The notes beneath the pieces were generated by a model, which saw only the letters and a list, made by a program, of their open reading frames with translations, was not told the DNA's origin and searched no databases. This document shows, one piece after another, positions 22,922 through 32,192 of a stretch of 64,000 nucleotides of DNA. The stretch's first letter is position 1; every line of letters begins with the position of its first letter. Position numbers and translations under genes: made by a program. The stretch lies in IMG/VR virus record IMGVR_UViG_3300046559_000446, positions 64,001-128,000 of that record; one strand, given 5' to 3'. The DNA is from a virus.

Positions 22922-25798
22922 ATGTCGAATATAGATCACGGTTCAGGCGGAAGCAAGGGCGGCGGCGGGGGCGGCTCGCAATATCGGTTTTTTCAGATGA
23001 TGGCTAATTATGCCGATTTGCTGATCGACGCCGGCTATCCCATCATCCCGGTCAAGGGCAAGATCCCGACAGACGAAGGTTGGCTGGATCGAAAATACAG
23101 CAAGAGCGACATGCGCGAGCGCATGCTGGCCGGCGGCAATATCGGCCTGCCCCTGGGCCGTGAAGTGGGCGACGACATGGCGCTGGTGTCCATCGACGTC
23201 GATATCCCATTTCTGGCCCCTGCCGAGGCGGTGCGCGGCGTCATGCCAGACGGGCCGACCTGCTATGGAAATCAGCCAAAATTTAAGATGATCGCGCGTG
23301 TGCCCCTGGCCGAAGCTTATTCGCGGGATTATCCCTTTGTGCGCTACAACGGCGCCGGCGAGGAAAAAATCCAGGTCCAGGTGCTGGGCAAGGGCAAACA
23401 AGCGGTGATTTTCGGCATCCATCCCGAAACCGGCAAAATGTATTTTTGGGACGCCGATTCGCAGCAACGGCGCATTTTCGAAATGGCGCCGGATGATTGG
23501 CCGGCAATTAACAACATCGAGACGCTGATAGGATCGATAGCGCGGGCGCTGGAGCCGTTCGGCTGGTCCCGGCGGGCGTCAGGCGTCGGCGGGGCGTCGC
23601 CGCGCGCCCAGGCCTATCCGGAGGGCGTCGAGATCCCGGAGCATATCCTGGACGCGGTCGAAGCTTACCTGAACCGCGAGATCGCCGTCCTGGCCGGCAT
23701 GGCGCCTGGCACGGGGCGCGGGACCAAAGCTTTCGAAATCGGCTGCTGGGCCGGGTTCGCGCTGCGCGATGGCGGCATTGATTTTGACGCGGTGCGGGCC
23801 GAGGTGTCGGACGCCCTGGGCGAAAATCAAAAAGACCTGCGACAATTCGACAATGGCGTGGCTAAGTCGGACGGGCAGCAATTCGCAGAGCCAAAAATCG
23901 ACTGGAACGCCGAGGCGGCAAAGATGGGCGGGCCTGGGCCAGCGCCAAACGTCACCTCAATCGGCCATGACGGCTACAGGATCGCCCTCGCCACGCTGCA
24001 CCGGACCCTTGAGCGCCGGCATGTGCTGCGCCATGGCACAGACACGTCATATGCGGCGCTGATCGCGGAGGCGGCGACCCTGTCCTGGCGTGGTTCGCTT
24101 TACCGCAACATGGCCGGCGATGTGGTGCGGGTGATGCCGTCCGCCGGCGCGCATGGCACGGCGGCGCCAAAGGGCACGTTGAAGGATCCGACGCCGCCGC
24201 AAGTGCGGGTATCGGTTCCGGATGATTGCGAGGTGCGGCTGATGATCGGGGACGCGGTCACAACCTGGGAGCGGGTCAGGATCCCGGACGAGGGCGGGCC
24301 GTCGCATATCGTGATCAATCGCGACCCCAACGGCGAGGACATATCGTGGAGGGGCGCCGGCGGGCTGAAGGTCGAGGGCGCCAAAACCTCGATCTGGGCC
24401 AGGCGCGCGGCGCACAATCACGGGCGCGAGGCCTGGATTGACGACCGCGACGCCTGGGTGAAATGCGCCTTGCCCAAGGGCGAAGGGATTAAGGCGGTGG
24501 TGAAGGCCTTCCGGACCAATGCCGGCACAGTGGGGACGCCGTGGCTGCGCTCGGTATCGACGGCGCCGTCTTTCGGCAGGGACGGGCGGCTGCTGATGGA
24601 TGACGGGCCGCTGGAGACGGCGGCGGGTGAAATCGTGTTTACGGTCCAGGGGGCGATGCGCGGCCACGTCAAGCTGATGCATATTGACGACGCCAAGAAG
24701 GTGCTGATGGACTTCCTGGCCCTGTTTCCGTTCGCTGACGACGTGAGCGAATCGGTGGGCCTGGCGCTGTTCCTGTCGCTGATCGCGCGCGGGGCCTTTG
24801 GCGTGGGGCCGGCTTACGTGATCGACGCGCCGGATTATGGCGCCGGCAAAACTTTTCTGGCCGGCAAGCTGGGGCTGTTTTCGGGGCAACCCATGAACCT
24901 TATCCCGTGCGGCGTGGACAAGGGCGAAGAGGAATTAAGCAAGCGTTTCGAGACGGCGCTGATGACGGAGGCGAGCGGGATGCTTTTGCTCGATGATGTG
25001 CCGCATGGAAAGATGCCGAACTTTCCGACGATGCGAACCTACCTAAGCGCGACCACGCCAGAGCTAAAAATCCGGCGGTTCGGCAAAAACGACGATCACA
25101 AGACAGTCAGGACGGACGCGACCACGCTTGCGGTCACCGGCTGCGCGGTCGAAGTGAGCAAGGACATGGTGCGGCGGGTGCTGCGCACGAACCTGGATCC
25201 GCGCAAGGCGGCGGACAGGGTGGAGTGGGAGGCCGAGGCCTGCCGGCTGGACCTGGACGCCATGTATGCAGACCCGGCAGCGCACGGGCGCGTCCTGGGG
25301 GCCGCGCTGACGGTCCTAGACCATAACTGGCGCACCAGGCCGGCCAGGCTCGATCCGTCGCAGAATTACGAAGCTTGGTCGCGGGTGGTCAGGGAAGCTT
25401 GCAAGGCGGTCACTAATTTTGATCCGGACGATTCCAGGGCGGTGCTTGAGGCGATGGACGCCGATCATGAGCAATGGAGCGACACGCTGCTGGCGGTCAA
25501 GGCGGTGATGGACGGCAAGCCGTTCACGGTCGCGGAACTTGTGGAGAAAGCGCAGGCGTCGGGGAGCACGTTCGGGAGCGTGGGCGCGCCTAGCCCGGCT
25601 CAGGCGGCGCTCGATCACCTCATAGATGAATTTGAACTGCACCGCATCAAAGCAAGCCGGTTTGCGAAACGGCTGGGCCGGTTCCTGCTCAAGCATCGCG
25701 ATAGGCCATTGTGGGAAAAGGGTAAGGAAATTTTCTTGCGCCAGGCCGCCAAGCGAACACAGTTTAAGGGCGAAAAGACGGTCTGGCGGTTCGAATAG
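22922..25798 (+). CDS. Primase-polymerase (prim-pol) fused to SF3-like helicase/ATPase
   Basis: N-terminal YPIIPVKGKIP...GW...NIGL...SIDVD prim-pol motif; C-terminal Walker A YGAGKT and LLLDD. Confidence 0.8.
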   Translation: MSNIDHGSGGSKGGGGGGSQYRFFQMMANYADLLIDAGYPIIPVKGKIPTDEGWLDRKYSKSDMRERMLAGGNIGLPLGREVGDDMALVSIDVDIPFLAPAEAVRGVMPDGPTCYGNQPKFKMIARVPLAEAYSRDYPFVRYNGAGEEKIQVQVLGKGKQAVIFGIHPETGKMYFWDADSQQRRIFEMAPDDWPAINNIETLIGSIARALEPFGWSRRASGVGGASPRAQAYPEGVEIPEHILDAVEAYLNREIAVLAGMAPGTGRGTKAFEIGCWAGFALRDGGIDFDAVRAEVSDALGENQKDLRQFDNGVAKSDGQQFAEPKIDWNAEAAKMGGPGPAPNVTSIGHDGYRIALATLHRTLERRHVLRHGTDTSYAALIAEAATLSWRGSLYRNMAGDVVRVMPSAGAHGTAAPKGTLKDPTPPQVRVSVPDDCEVRLMIGDAVTTWERVRIPDEGGPSHIVINRDPNGEDISWRGAGGLKVEGAKTSIWARRAAHNHGREAWIDDRDAWVKCALPKGEGIKAVVKAFRTNAGTVGTPWLRSVSTAPSFGRDGRLLMDDGPLETAAGEIVFTVQGAMRGHVKLMHIDDAKKVLMDFLALFPFADDVSESVGLALFLSLIARGAFGVGPAYVIDAPDYGAGKTFLAGKLGLFSGQPMNLIPCGVDKGEEELSKRFETALMTEASGMLLLDDVPHGKMPNFPTMRTYLSATTPELKIRRFGKNDDHKTVRTDATTLAVTGCAVEVSKDMVRRVLRTNLDPRKAADRVEWEAEACRLDLDAMYADPAAHGRVLGAALTVLDHNWRTRPARLDPSQNYEAWSRVVREACKAVTNFDPDDSRAVLEAMDADHEQWSDTLLAVKAVMDGKPFTVAELVEKAQASGSTFGSVGAPSPAQAALDHLIDEFELHRIKASRFAKRLGRFLLKHRDRPLWEKGKEIFLRQAAKRTQFKGEKTVWRFE

Positions 25799-25799
25799 T

Positions 25800-26112
25800 G
25801 TTAGGGGTTTGGGGAAAATTTTGGGGGTTTTATGGGGGTTTGCGTTTGAGCAAACCCCTAACCATTTTTCCTGTTAAATCAATGGTTTAGGACGTAATAC
25901 AGGGGTTTTAGGGGTTTTATTTTATATTTAAGGAATATTTTTTATATCTTATGTCTTAATATGAGACACATATGAATGATTTTTCTATATAAAGGTAGCT
26001 CGTAAAACCCCTAAAACCCCTAAAATCGAGAAAGGCCTTTAGAATCATGGTTTTAAGGCTAGGGGTTTGTTTGCCAGGGGTTTTATTTCAAACACCTAAG
26101 CAAACCCCTAAA
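25800..26112. other. Putative replication origin (iterons plus AT-rich core)
   Basis: About 12 copies of AGGGGTTT/AAACCCCT in both orientations around a very AT-rich tract (~25915-25995), right after primase. Confidence 0.65.
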
Positions 26113-26161
26113 CGAAAGAAAGACGCCCGGAGGCGTCAATCTAGTTGACTTTCGTTAAAGG

Positions 26162-26368
26162 TCACGATTTCGTATACGTCATGACTTGTTTTTGTGACAT
26201 GCCGGTGCGGATCATGAGGCGCAGGAACATTGCGACAGGCAATGGCGGCCCGATATGCTGCCAGTGCTGATAGTGGGTCTGCCGAGAGTAGCCGAACAGG
26301 GCGGCGCATTGCGGCCCTGTTAGTTTGAGGTGGCGCAAGGCCATGCAATATTCGGTGGCGTCCATCAT
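26162..26368 (-). CDS. Small XRE-like HTH protein
   Basis: MDATEYCMALRHLKLTGPQCAALFGYSRQT...W...PLPVAMFLRL. Confidence 0.65.
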   Translation of the reverse strand: MMDATEYCMALRHLKLTGPQCAALFGYSRQTHYQHWQHIGPPLPVAMFLRLMIRTGMSQKQVMTYTKS

Positions 26369-26580
26369 TTGACCCTCGTCTTTTCAATGCGCCAGGTATA
26401 TGCGGCGTTTTGGGTGATCGCCAAGCCTTCGTCGCGCCTGTCATGGTTGAAGCGCACGATGCGGAAGGCGTAGCGAAAGGCGGCGTCGCCGCGCTTGAAA
26501 GCGTCGTCGGCGCATCCCTGGCGATGGGCCGCCTGATCGGCGGCGCCACGGGCGGTTTTGAAGGTTTGGGCGAGAATCAT
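26365..26580 (-). CDS. Hypothetical protein
   Basis: AAGGA RBS; MILAQTFKTARGA...; ATGA overlap with the HTH gene. Confidence 0.6.
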   Translation of the reverse strand: MILAQTFKTARGAADQAAHRQGCADDAFKRGDAAFRYAFRIVRFNHDRRDEGLAITQNAAYTWRIEKTRVK

Positions 26581-26596
26581 GGCGGTTTTCCTTTGG

Positions 26597-27163
26597 TTAG
26601 CGCGCCAGGGAGGCGGCGTTGCGGGCCTTGATGGCGGCAATTTTGGCGTCGGTGTGGACCGAACGACGCTTGCCATAAGCGGCGCGAACCTGGCGGAAGC
26701 CGGCTTGCGTCAGGGCGCTTTCAGCGGCCAGGAGCACGGCGTCAACGACGTCGAAAGCGGCCTTTTGGGTGTCGTAGCTGCCGCCGTCCTGGCTCTCAGC
26801 GACCAAGTCGGCGGCATCGACGGCGGCCTGGATGTGCTGATCGATCACCAGGCGTTCGGCCTGATAGGCCTTCCACGAGGCGCGCTCGAAATCGCGCAGC
26901 GCCTTCATGTCATGCTTGGACATGCAGCCGTCCAGGTTTTCCAGGATGAAATCGGCGCCTTCTGCGGTCAAATGCATGGCGTCATGTTCGACGCGGATGA
27001 GGATCGGGCTGTTCAGGCGCAGCGACAGGTCTTTTTCTTCGCGGTTGCCGCAATGGATGATGTGGCCGCCGGCGGTGAAATCAAGGTCGCTGCGAGCGCC
27101 TGTGATGATGGCGAGGACGGCGCGGTCGTTAACGGTGCGGGCGAGTGTCGGGGAAGTGGTCAT
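26597..27163 (-). CDS. Hypothetical protein
   Basis: AGGAG RBS; 188 aa, behind two operator sites. Confidence 0.7.
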   Translation of the reverse strand: MTTSPTLARTVNDRAVLAIITGARSDLDFTAGGHIIHCGNREEKDLSLRLNSPILIRVEHDAMHLTAEGADFILENLDGCMSKHDMKALRDFERASWKAYQAERLVIDQHIQAAVDAADLVAESQDGGSYDTQKAAFDVVDAVLLAAESALTQAGFRQVRAAYGKRRSVHTDAKIAAIKARNAASLAR

Positions 27164-27235
27164 AACGTGTGCTCCTGTTCGGTGTCTCTTATGTAAACTG
27201 GGTTGACAGGCTTGTCAACCCAGTTGTCGAATTAT

Positions 27236-28021
27236 TTACGCCTGGGCGCCAACAAAACGCTTGGCGGTGGCGCCGTGGGCGATGATCACCATGGACGCTT
27301 TCGCCTTTGCGCTGGTGCCGCCGCAGGCCTGGCAAGCGTCGCAGGAGGTCTTCACGCCGGCTTCTTTCGACGCCGGGCAGATCACTTCACCCTTGGCCTT
27401 AGCCTCCGACGGGGTGCGGACGCGGAACGAGCGCCAGCCGGCGGCGGTCGCGTCCGCCAGGTCGGCCAGGCTGTCGCATGACGCCATGCAGATGGTCTTG
27501 AGCGCCTGGAAACGAGCGTCGCGCCATTGGTGCGAATAGCCGTTAGTGAAGGCGGCGCGAAGCGTGGCGGCGCGCCAGACCTGGAAAGGCACAGCAGCTG
27601 GATCGCCATATGTGCCGAGGCGGAAGCCCAGGCCGGCGAACAATTCCGGAAGGATGGCAACGTCATAATCGACGCCCGGCTCGGCGTAGCGGTCGCCACG
27701 GATTAGCGTCTCGTATACGCTGCGAACGCTGCGCCCGACGTTGACGTAGCAGGCGCCACCCAAATACGGGCGCATGAGGCAGTCACCGCACACGCTGCTG
27801 TCAAGGCCGCTCTTGAGCGCGACGACCGGCGACACATCCGAGCGGATGATAAAGGTCTGCACCATCGCGCCCGTCTTGACGTTGGTGCTGGCCGAGGTGA
27901 TTTTGTTGGCGATGGCGACAATCGGGGCGCCGTCGATCATCGACGGGCCACGATAAAGGACGACGCCGCAAAAGCGATTGGACTTGAGAGCGGCGAGCAT
28001 GTCGGAGGCGGTGCGGATCAT
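27236..28021 (-). CDS. Cys-rich phage protein, possible Fe-S/degenerate radical-SAM-like (DUF7227-like from memory)
   Basis: CGDC-x9-CY, RLGTYGDP, GYSHQW, C-terminal CP...CDACQAC. Confidence 0.6.
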   Translation of the reverse strand: MIRTASDMLAALKSNRFCGVVLYRGPSMIDGAPIVAIANKITSASTNVKTGAMVQTFIIRSDVSPVVALKSGLDSSVCGDCLMRPYLGGACYVNVGRSVRSVYETLIRGDRYAEPGVDYDVAILPELFAGLGFRLGTYGDPAAVPFQVWRAATLRAAFTNGYSHQWRDARFQALKTICMASCDSLADLADATAAGWRSFRVRTPSEAKAKGEVICPASKEAGVKTSCDACQACGGTSAKAKASMVIIAHGATAKRFVGAQA

Positions 28022-28060
28022 GTGGAGAGGCCTTTTTGTCTGCGGCGTTGAACTGTCCCG

Positions 28061-28089
28061 AATATAGCCACAGCGTATGCGCCTGTCAA
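28061..28089 (-). promoter_or_regulatory. sigma70 promoter with CG-N4-CG box overlapping an operator
   Basis: Minus strand TTGACA-gg-CGCATACG-ctgtggc-TATATT. Confidence 0.7.
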
Positions 28090-28124
28090 CTAGGTTTACA
28101 AATTAAAATAAATTATTTTTGCGC

Positions 28125-28170
28125 TTGACAACTAGATTGACGCCAGGCATATAAAGGGCAGTTAACAACC
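28125..28170 (+). promoter_or_regulatory. Divergent rightward promoter
   Basis: TTGACA...TATAAA-gggcagttaacaac; same downstream signature as the early cassettes; spacer of 19 is long. Confidence 0.5.
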
Positions 28171-28189
28171 GCACACGAAAGGCGCTCAC

Positions 28190-28495
28190 ATGCTGCAAGT
28201 TCAAGGCCTTCCCTTCCACAAAGGATCCGACGCCTGGCGCGTCATACACGAGGGGCGCATCCTGCCCAAGTATGTGCGCGACGAGATCGCCCGCCTGCGC
28301 CGCGAGCGGAACGAATACAGCGAGATCCGGGTGCTGATGACGGGCGAGCCTGGCTGGATCAGCCGGGCAGAGCAGGCGGCGCGCAGCGCCCGCACCTACG
28401 CCGAGCACGAGGCGCGCGCCCTGGGCTGGACCGAGCCAAGCGTCGCCGCCGAGGGCGCCGCCGCCTACGCCGAGGCGCTGGCGCGCCAGGCCTAG
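28190..28495 (+). CDS. Hypothetical protein
   Basis: AAGG RBS after the promoter; 101 aa. Confidence 0.6.
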   Translation: MLQVQGLPFHKGSDAWRVIHEGRILPKYVRDEIARLRRERNEYSEIRVLMTGEPGWISRAEQAARSARTYAEHEARALGWTEPSVAAEGAAAYAEALARQA

Positions 28496-28761
28496 CCAGG
28501 CCCAGGCCTGTCAGAGGGCTGACAGCCCTCTGACACGCCTGTTCCCGGTCTGTTCTGGCAGGGTGCTGACAGGGCAGCGACAGGCCTCGAAGTAAAAAAC
28601 GACCGGGGGTACCCCCGCTAATAGGCGGCCTAGAGTATACTATAAGCCCCAAAAATTTTTCTCAAATTTTTCACCCAATAAATAATCGTATTCGGTTGTT
28701 GACCAATAAACGGACACTCTCATGGATTTTGGGAAATGAATGAGAGTGTTCATTTCCCGGT

Positions 28762-29145
28762 TCAAATAGCCCCAGACAGTTTTGAACTTTTCTCCCTAAC
28801 TTTGACCATGAGGTCATTCAGCCCAGTGACGAGCTTCTCCAAGGCTTCCAACGTATCGTTCATTTCCCCCGCCGAGTCCCCCTCCCAGGTGTCGATATGC
28901 GACCGTATCGCCTCCAGCAGGTCGATCTTGCTCTCCTGGACGCCCTCGGCGTAGGTCATATAGATCTCGAATTGTTTATCCGCGACCCACACGCACAGGT
29001 TCACCCTTGGCAGGATGCGGGTTTCCCACTTCGATAGTTTGAAGCCGTGGCGGCTGTAGTCGTATGGCTTGGTGATCTGGGTGAAGGGGTCGTACCCCCC
29101 GCAGTCGTCCCCTTGCATTTCCGGCGCTCTGTGTCTACCCATCAT
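28762..29145 (-). CDS. Hypothetical protein
   Basis: Strong GGAGGAGGAG RBS upstream of the ATG. Confidence 0.55.
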   Translation of the reverse strand: MMGRHRAPEMQGDDCGGYDPFTQITKPYDYSRHGFKLSKWETRILPRVNLCVWVADKQFEIYMTYAEGVQESKIDLLEAIRSHIDTWEGDSAGEMNDTLEALEKLVTGLNDLMVKVREKSSKLSGAI

Positions 29146-29247
29146 ATGCTCCTCCTCCGTATTCTACTGTCTAACCTGTTTTCGCTCTTGCCGGCAAGCC
29201 CATTTCCCTCATATACTCCAGCACCCCCGACCGACGAGGCCCACGCC

Positions 29248-29814
29248 ATGCCCACCAAAAAGCAAAACCGGCGCATAGCTCGCTTCGAACTAGCGCAATC
29301 CACCAGGGCGGCGCCGACGCCCCCGGAGGTCAAGCCGCCGTGGGCCAGTATCTACACCCCCGCTATCGGGGAGCGGATTTGCGATCTGGTCACCAATGGC
29401 AAGACCTTGCGGCAGATTGCGCTGGAGGAGGTCTGGGCGCCCAACGCCCGGATCATGTATTATTGGCTGGAGGAGCATCCGGAATTTGCGCGGGCCTTCG
29501 CGGCGGCGCGAGAGCTATACGCGGATGACATCGCCCGCGAGATCGTGACCATTGCCGACGAGGCGGCGACCGATCTCGACATCGCCAAGCTGCCGCATCG
29601 CATCCATGCCAGGGAGTGGCTGGCGGTGAAGCGGTCCCCCCGCTTCTATGGCGACCGCCGCATGATCGACACCACCTCGCAGGTCAATATCAACAATTTG
29701 ACCAAGATTGATGTCTCCCATCTGTCCTCGGACGAGATCCTCATTGCCGAGAAGGCCCTGATGAAGGCGATAGGACATTCCAGCTGCAATCCGGAGGACG
29801 ACGACGATGCCTAA
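29248..29814 (+). CDS. terS: Terminase small subunit
   Basis: YTPAIGERICDLVTNGKTLRQI...WLEEHPEF...YADDI...IAD...REWL...PRFYGD (Sf6-type pattern); upstream of TerL. Confidence 0.85.
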   Translation: MPTKKQNRRIARFELAQSTRAAPTPPEVKPPWASIYTPAIGERICDLVTNGKTLRQIALEEVWAPNARIMYYWLEEHPEFARAFAAARELYADDIAREIVTIADEAATDLDIAKLPHRIHAREWLAVKRSPRFYGDRRMIDTTSQVNINNLTKIDVSHLSSDEILIAEKALMKAIGHSSCNPEDDDDA

Positions 29815-30016
29815 ACACATCCAGCCCGCCAAGACCCTGGTCGATATCACGGTCGCCGGCCCAAGCCCTTACGAAGGCCGGATATTCCCGCTCAATGTTC
29901 AATTTCTCGAGGGCGAGTGGATGATGCAGGTCATTCCCGCCGGCCCCTCCAGGGAGGCGGCGTTTTATTTCCCGATCAAGGATCTCAAGGTCTGGGCGCC
30001 GGCGGGGCATCTATGA
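29807..30016 (+). CDS. Hypothetical protein
   Basis: Overlapping, co-oriented, GAGG RBS. Confidence 0.5.
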   Translation: MPKHIQPAKTLVDITVAGPSPYEGRIFPLNVQFLEGEWMMQVIPAGPSREAAFYFPIKDLKVWAPAGHL

Positions 30017-30216
30017 ATCCGATCACCCTGCTCCAGGACTGGTGGTGCGCCAGGCTCCGGAATATCGACATTCAATACCTCTGGCCGATCTGTAAGGAAC
30101 AGGCCCGCGACTTCGCTGAGGCCCGTTACGTTTTTGCTATTCACGCCATTTGCGATCCGGCCTGGCTGCGGCTTCCCGCCGAAGAGATCAAGCGCATTAT
30201 CGGGGAGTTGCAATGA
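30013..30216 (+). CDS. Hypothetical protein
   Basis: ATGA coupling. Confidence 0.5.
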   Translation: MNPITLLQDWWCARLRNIDIQYLWPICKEQARDFAEARYVFAIHAICDPAWLRLPAEEIKRIIGELQ

Positions 30217-30398
30217 AGAACACTTTTGAGATCAAGCTGGGCCTCCATGTTCACGGCTCCGACGACTGGGAGCCGATGAATTACTCCAACTATTCCTCCT
30301 GCGTTCACGCCTGGCGCGCCGTCGATCCCGACTGGGATCCCCATTTTGCCGAGTTTTCATTCGAGATCGCGGAGTTTAACGGGGTGCTGTTCGGATGA
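30213..30398 (+). CDS. Hypothetical protein
   Basis: ATGA coupling on both sides; GGAG RBS. Confidence 0.5.
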   Translation: MKNTFEIKLGLHVHGSDDWEPMNYSNYSSCVHAWRAVDPDWDPHFAEFSFEIAEFNGVLFG

Positions 30399-32029
30399 CG
30401 TCCATCAATCTTCAAAAGGTCAATCCGCAGGATGTCCTCGACCGCATGGACAAGGAGATGTGCGAGCGGTCCCTGCACGAGTTCGTCAAGCGGGCCTGGA
30501 AAGAGGTCGAGCCGGGCCAGCCCATGCTCGACAACTGGCACCTGCCGTTCATCTGTGAACATTTGGAGGCGATCACCGACGGCGCCCAGGTCGATGGCAA
30601 GCCCTACAACCGTCTCCTGATCAACATTCCTCCCGGCGGCATGAAATCCCTGCTGCTCAATGTGTTTTGGCCGGCCTGGGAATGGGGGCCTGCCGCCATG
30701 CCCCACATGCGCTATCTCTGCGCGTCCCATAACATCGACCTGGTCGAGCGCGACAGCATTCGCATGCGCCGGCTGGTCACCACCGCCTGGTATCAGAAGC
30801 ACTGGGGCGACCTGGTCGAACTGACCGGCGACCAGAACTCCAAGACGGTGTTCGAAAACACCCGCTCCGGATGGCGCAGGGCGGTCGCGGCGGGAGCGGA
30901 TACCGGTCACCGGGCCGACCGCGTCCTGATCGACGACGCTCTGAGCGTCAAGAACGCCAACAGCGACAGCACCCGCGAGAGCGTCAACCTGTGGTTCAGG
31001 GAATCGGTGCCGACCCGCCTCAATTCGCCGCGCAAGAGCGCCATCGTGGTGATCATGCAGCGGCTGCACGAGGCCGATCTGTCCGGAATGATCCTCGACA
31101 AGAAGCTCGGCTACGATCACATCATGATCCCGATGCGCTACGATCCGGACCGCGCCCACCCCACCATGCTCGGCTACAAAGACCCCCGCACCATCCCCGG
31201 CGAGCTTTATTTCCCGACCCGTTTTCCCCTCGACGTGGTCGAACGCGAAGAGCGGATCATGGGGCCGTTCGCCACCGCCGGCCAAATGCAGCAGGCCCCA
31301 GTCCCGCGAGGAGGCGGCGTCATCAAGGACGCCGACTGGATCCTGTGGGACAGGCCGGAATTTCCGGCGCTCGACTTTATTATCGCCTCCATCGACACCG
31401 CCTACGGTCTGAAGCAGGAGAACGACCCCAGCGCCATGACGGTGTGGGGGGTGTTTTCAGGCGACACCCGCAACCAGGCCACCAGGCTGGTGGATCGCTA
31501 CGGTCACCCGAAGGAAATGCCTGAAGGCGGCGCCTCCACTCACCTCGACGCCGCGCCGCGCGTCATTTTGATGTACGCCTGGACCGAGCGCCTCAGTCTT
31601 TCCGACCTGGTCGCCAAGGTGGCCCTCCATTGCAAGAAGTTGAAGGTTGACCGCCTGCTGGTCGAGGCCAAGGCGAGCGGCATATCGGTCGCGCAGGAGA
31701 TGCGCCGTCTTTACGGACATGAGCCATGGGCGGTTCACCTGATCAATCCAGGCAACCAGGATAAACTTGCTCGGCTGTACAGTGTTCAGCCGCTGTTTGC
31801 GGAAGGCATGGTCTACGCTCCAGACAAGGAATGGGCGGAAATGGTGATCAGGCAAGTGGCTTCCTTCCCCAAGGCGCTGCATGACGATCTTACCGACACC
31901 ACATCACAGGCGATTCGCCACCTGCGCGACTGCGGATTGCTGACCCGGTCCGACGAAAGGTTGGCGGAAATGAACGAGGAAGTCCAGTATGGCCGCACCA
32001 GGCCGCTGGAGCCGCTCTATCCAGGCTGA
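30395..32029 (+). CDS. terL: Terminase large subunit
   Basis: LINIPPGGMKS Walker A, IDD Walker B, VIMQRLHEADL, nuclease motifs IDTAY, VEAKASG, HDDLTD. Confidence 0.92.
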   Translation: MTSINLQKVNPQDVLDRMDKEMCERSLHEFVKRAWKEVEPGQPMLDNWHLPFICEHLEAITDGAQVDGKPYNRLLINIPPGGMKSLLLNVFWPAWEWGPAAMPHMRYLCASHNIDLVERDSIRMRRLVTTAWYQKHWGDLVELTGDQNSKTVFENTRSGWRRAVAAGADTGHRADRVLIDDALSVKNANSDSTRESVNLWFRESVPTRLNSPRKSAIVVIMQRLHEADLSGMILDKKLGYDHIMIPMRYDPDRAHPTMLGYKDPRTIPGELYFPTRFPLDVVEREERIMGPFATAGQMQQAPVPRGGGVIKDADWILWDRPEFPALDFIIASIDTAYGLKQENDPSAMTVWGVFSGDTRNQATRLVDRYGHPKEMPEGGASTHLDAAPRVILMYAWTERLSLSDLVAKVALHCKKLKVDRLLVEAKASGISVAQEMRRLYGHEPWAVHLINPGNQDKLARLYSVQPLFAEGMVYAPDKEWAEMVIRQVASFPKALHDDLTDTTSQAIRHLRDCGLLTRSDERLAEMNEEVQYGRTRPLEPLYPG

Positions 32030-32045
32030 AAAAGGGAGAAAAGTC

Positions 32046-32192
32046 ATGTTTTTTCGCAATAACCCCACGTCCGTGACGGAGAAGGCTCCGGAAAAGCCGA
32101 TTCCAGCCCCAAAAACCCCTGAAAAACACGAAAAACACGATGAAAAGACCGAAAAACACCCCCACCGCGACATGCACGAGAGCAAAAAATGA
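32046..32192 (+). CDS. Small charged protein
   Basis: GGAG RBS; K/E/H-rich 48 aa; ATGA overlap with the next gene. Confidence 0.45.
   Translation: MFFRNNPTSVTEKAPEKPIPAPKTPEKHEKHDEKTEKHPHRDMHESKK

Larger units (their letters stand above)
26135..28141. promoter_or_regulatory. Five palindromic operator-like sites, consensus GTCAAC-N3-GTTGAC
   Basis: Sites at 26135-26149, 27193-27207, 27214-27228, 28085-28099, 28127-28141. Confidence 0.7.

Noticed and set aside
26135-28141. Host LexA or CtrA boxes as the explanation for the palindromes
   Set aside because: The alphaproteobacterial SOS box (GTTC-N7-GTTC) and the CtrA box (TTAA-N7-TTAA) do not match GTCAAC-N3-GTTGAC.
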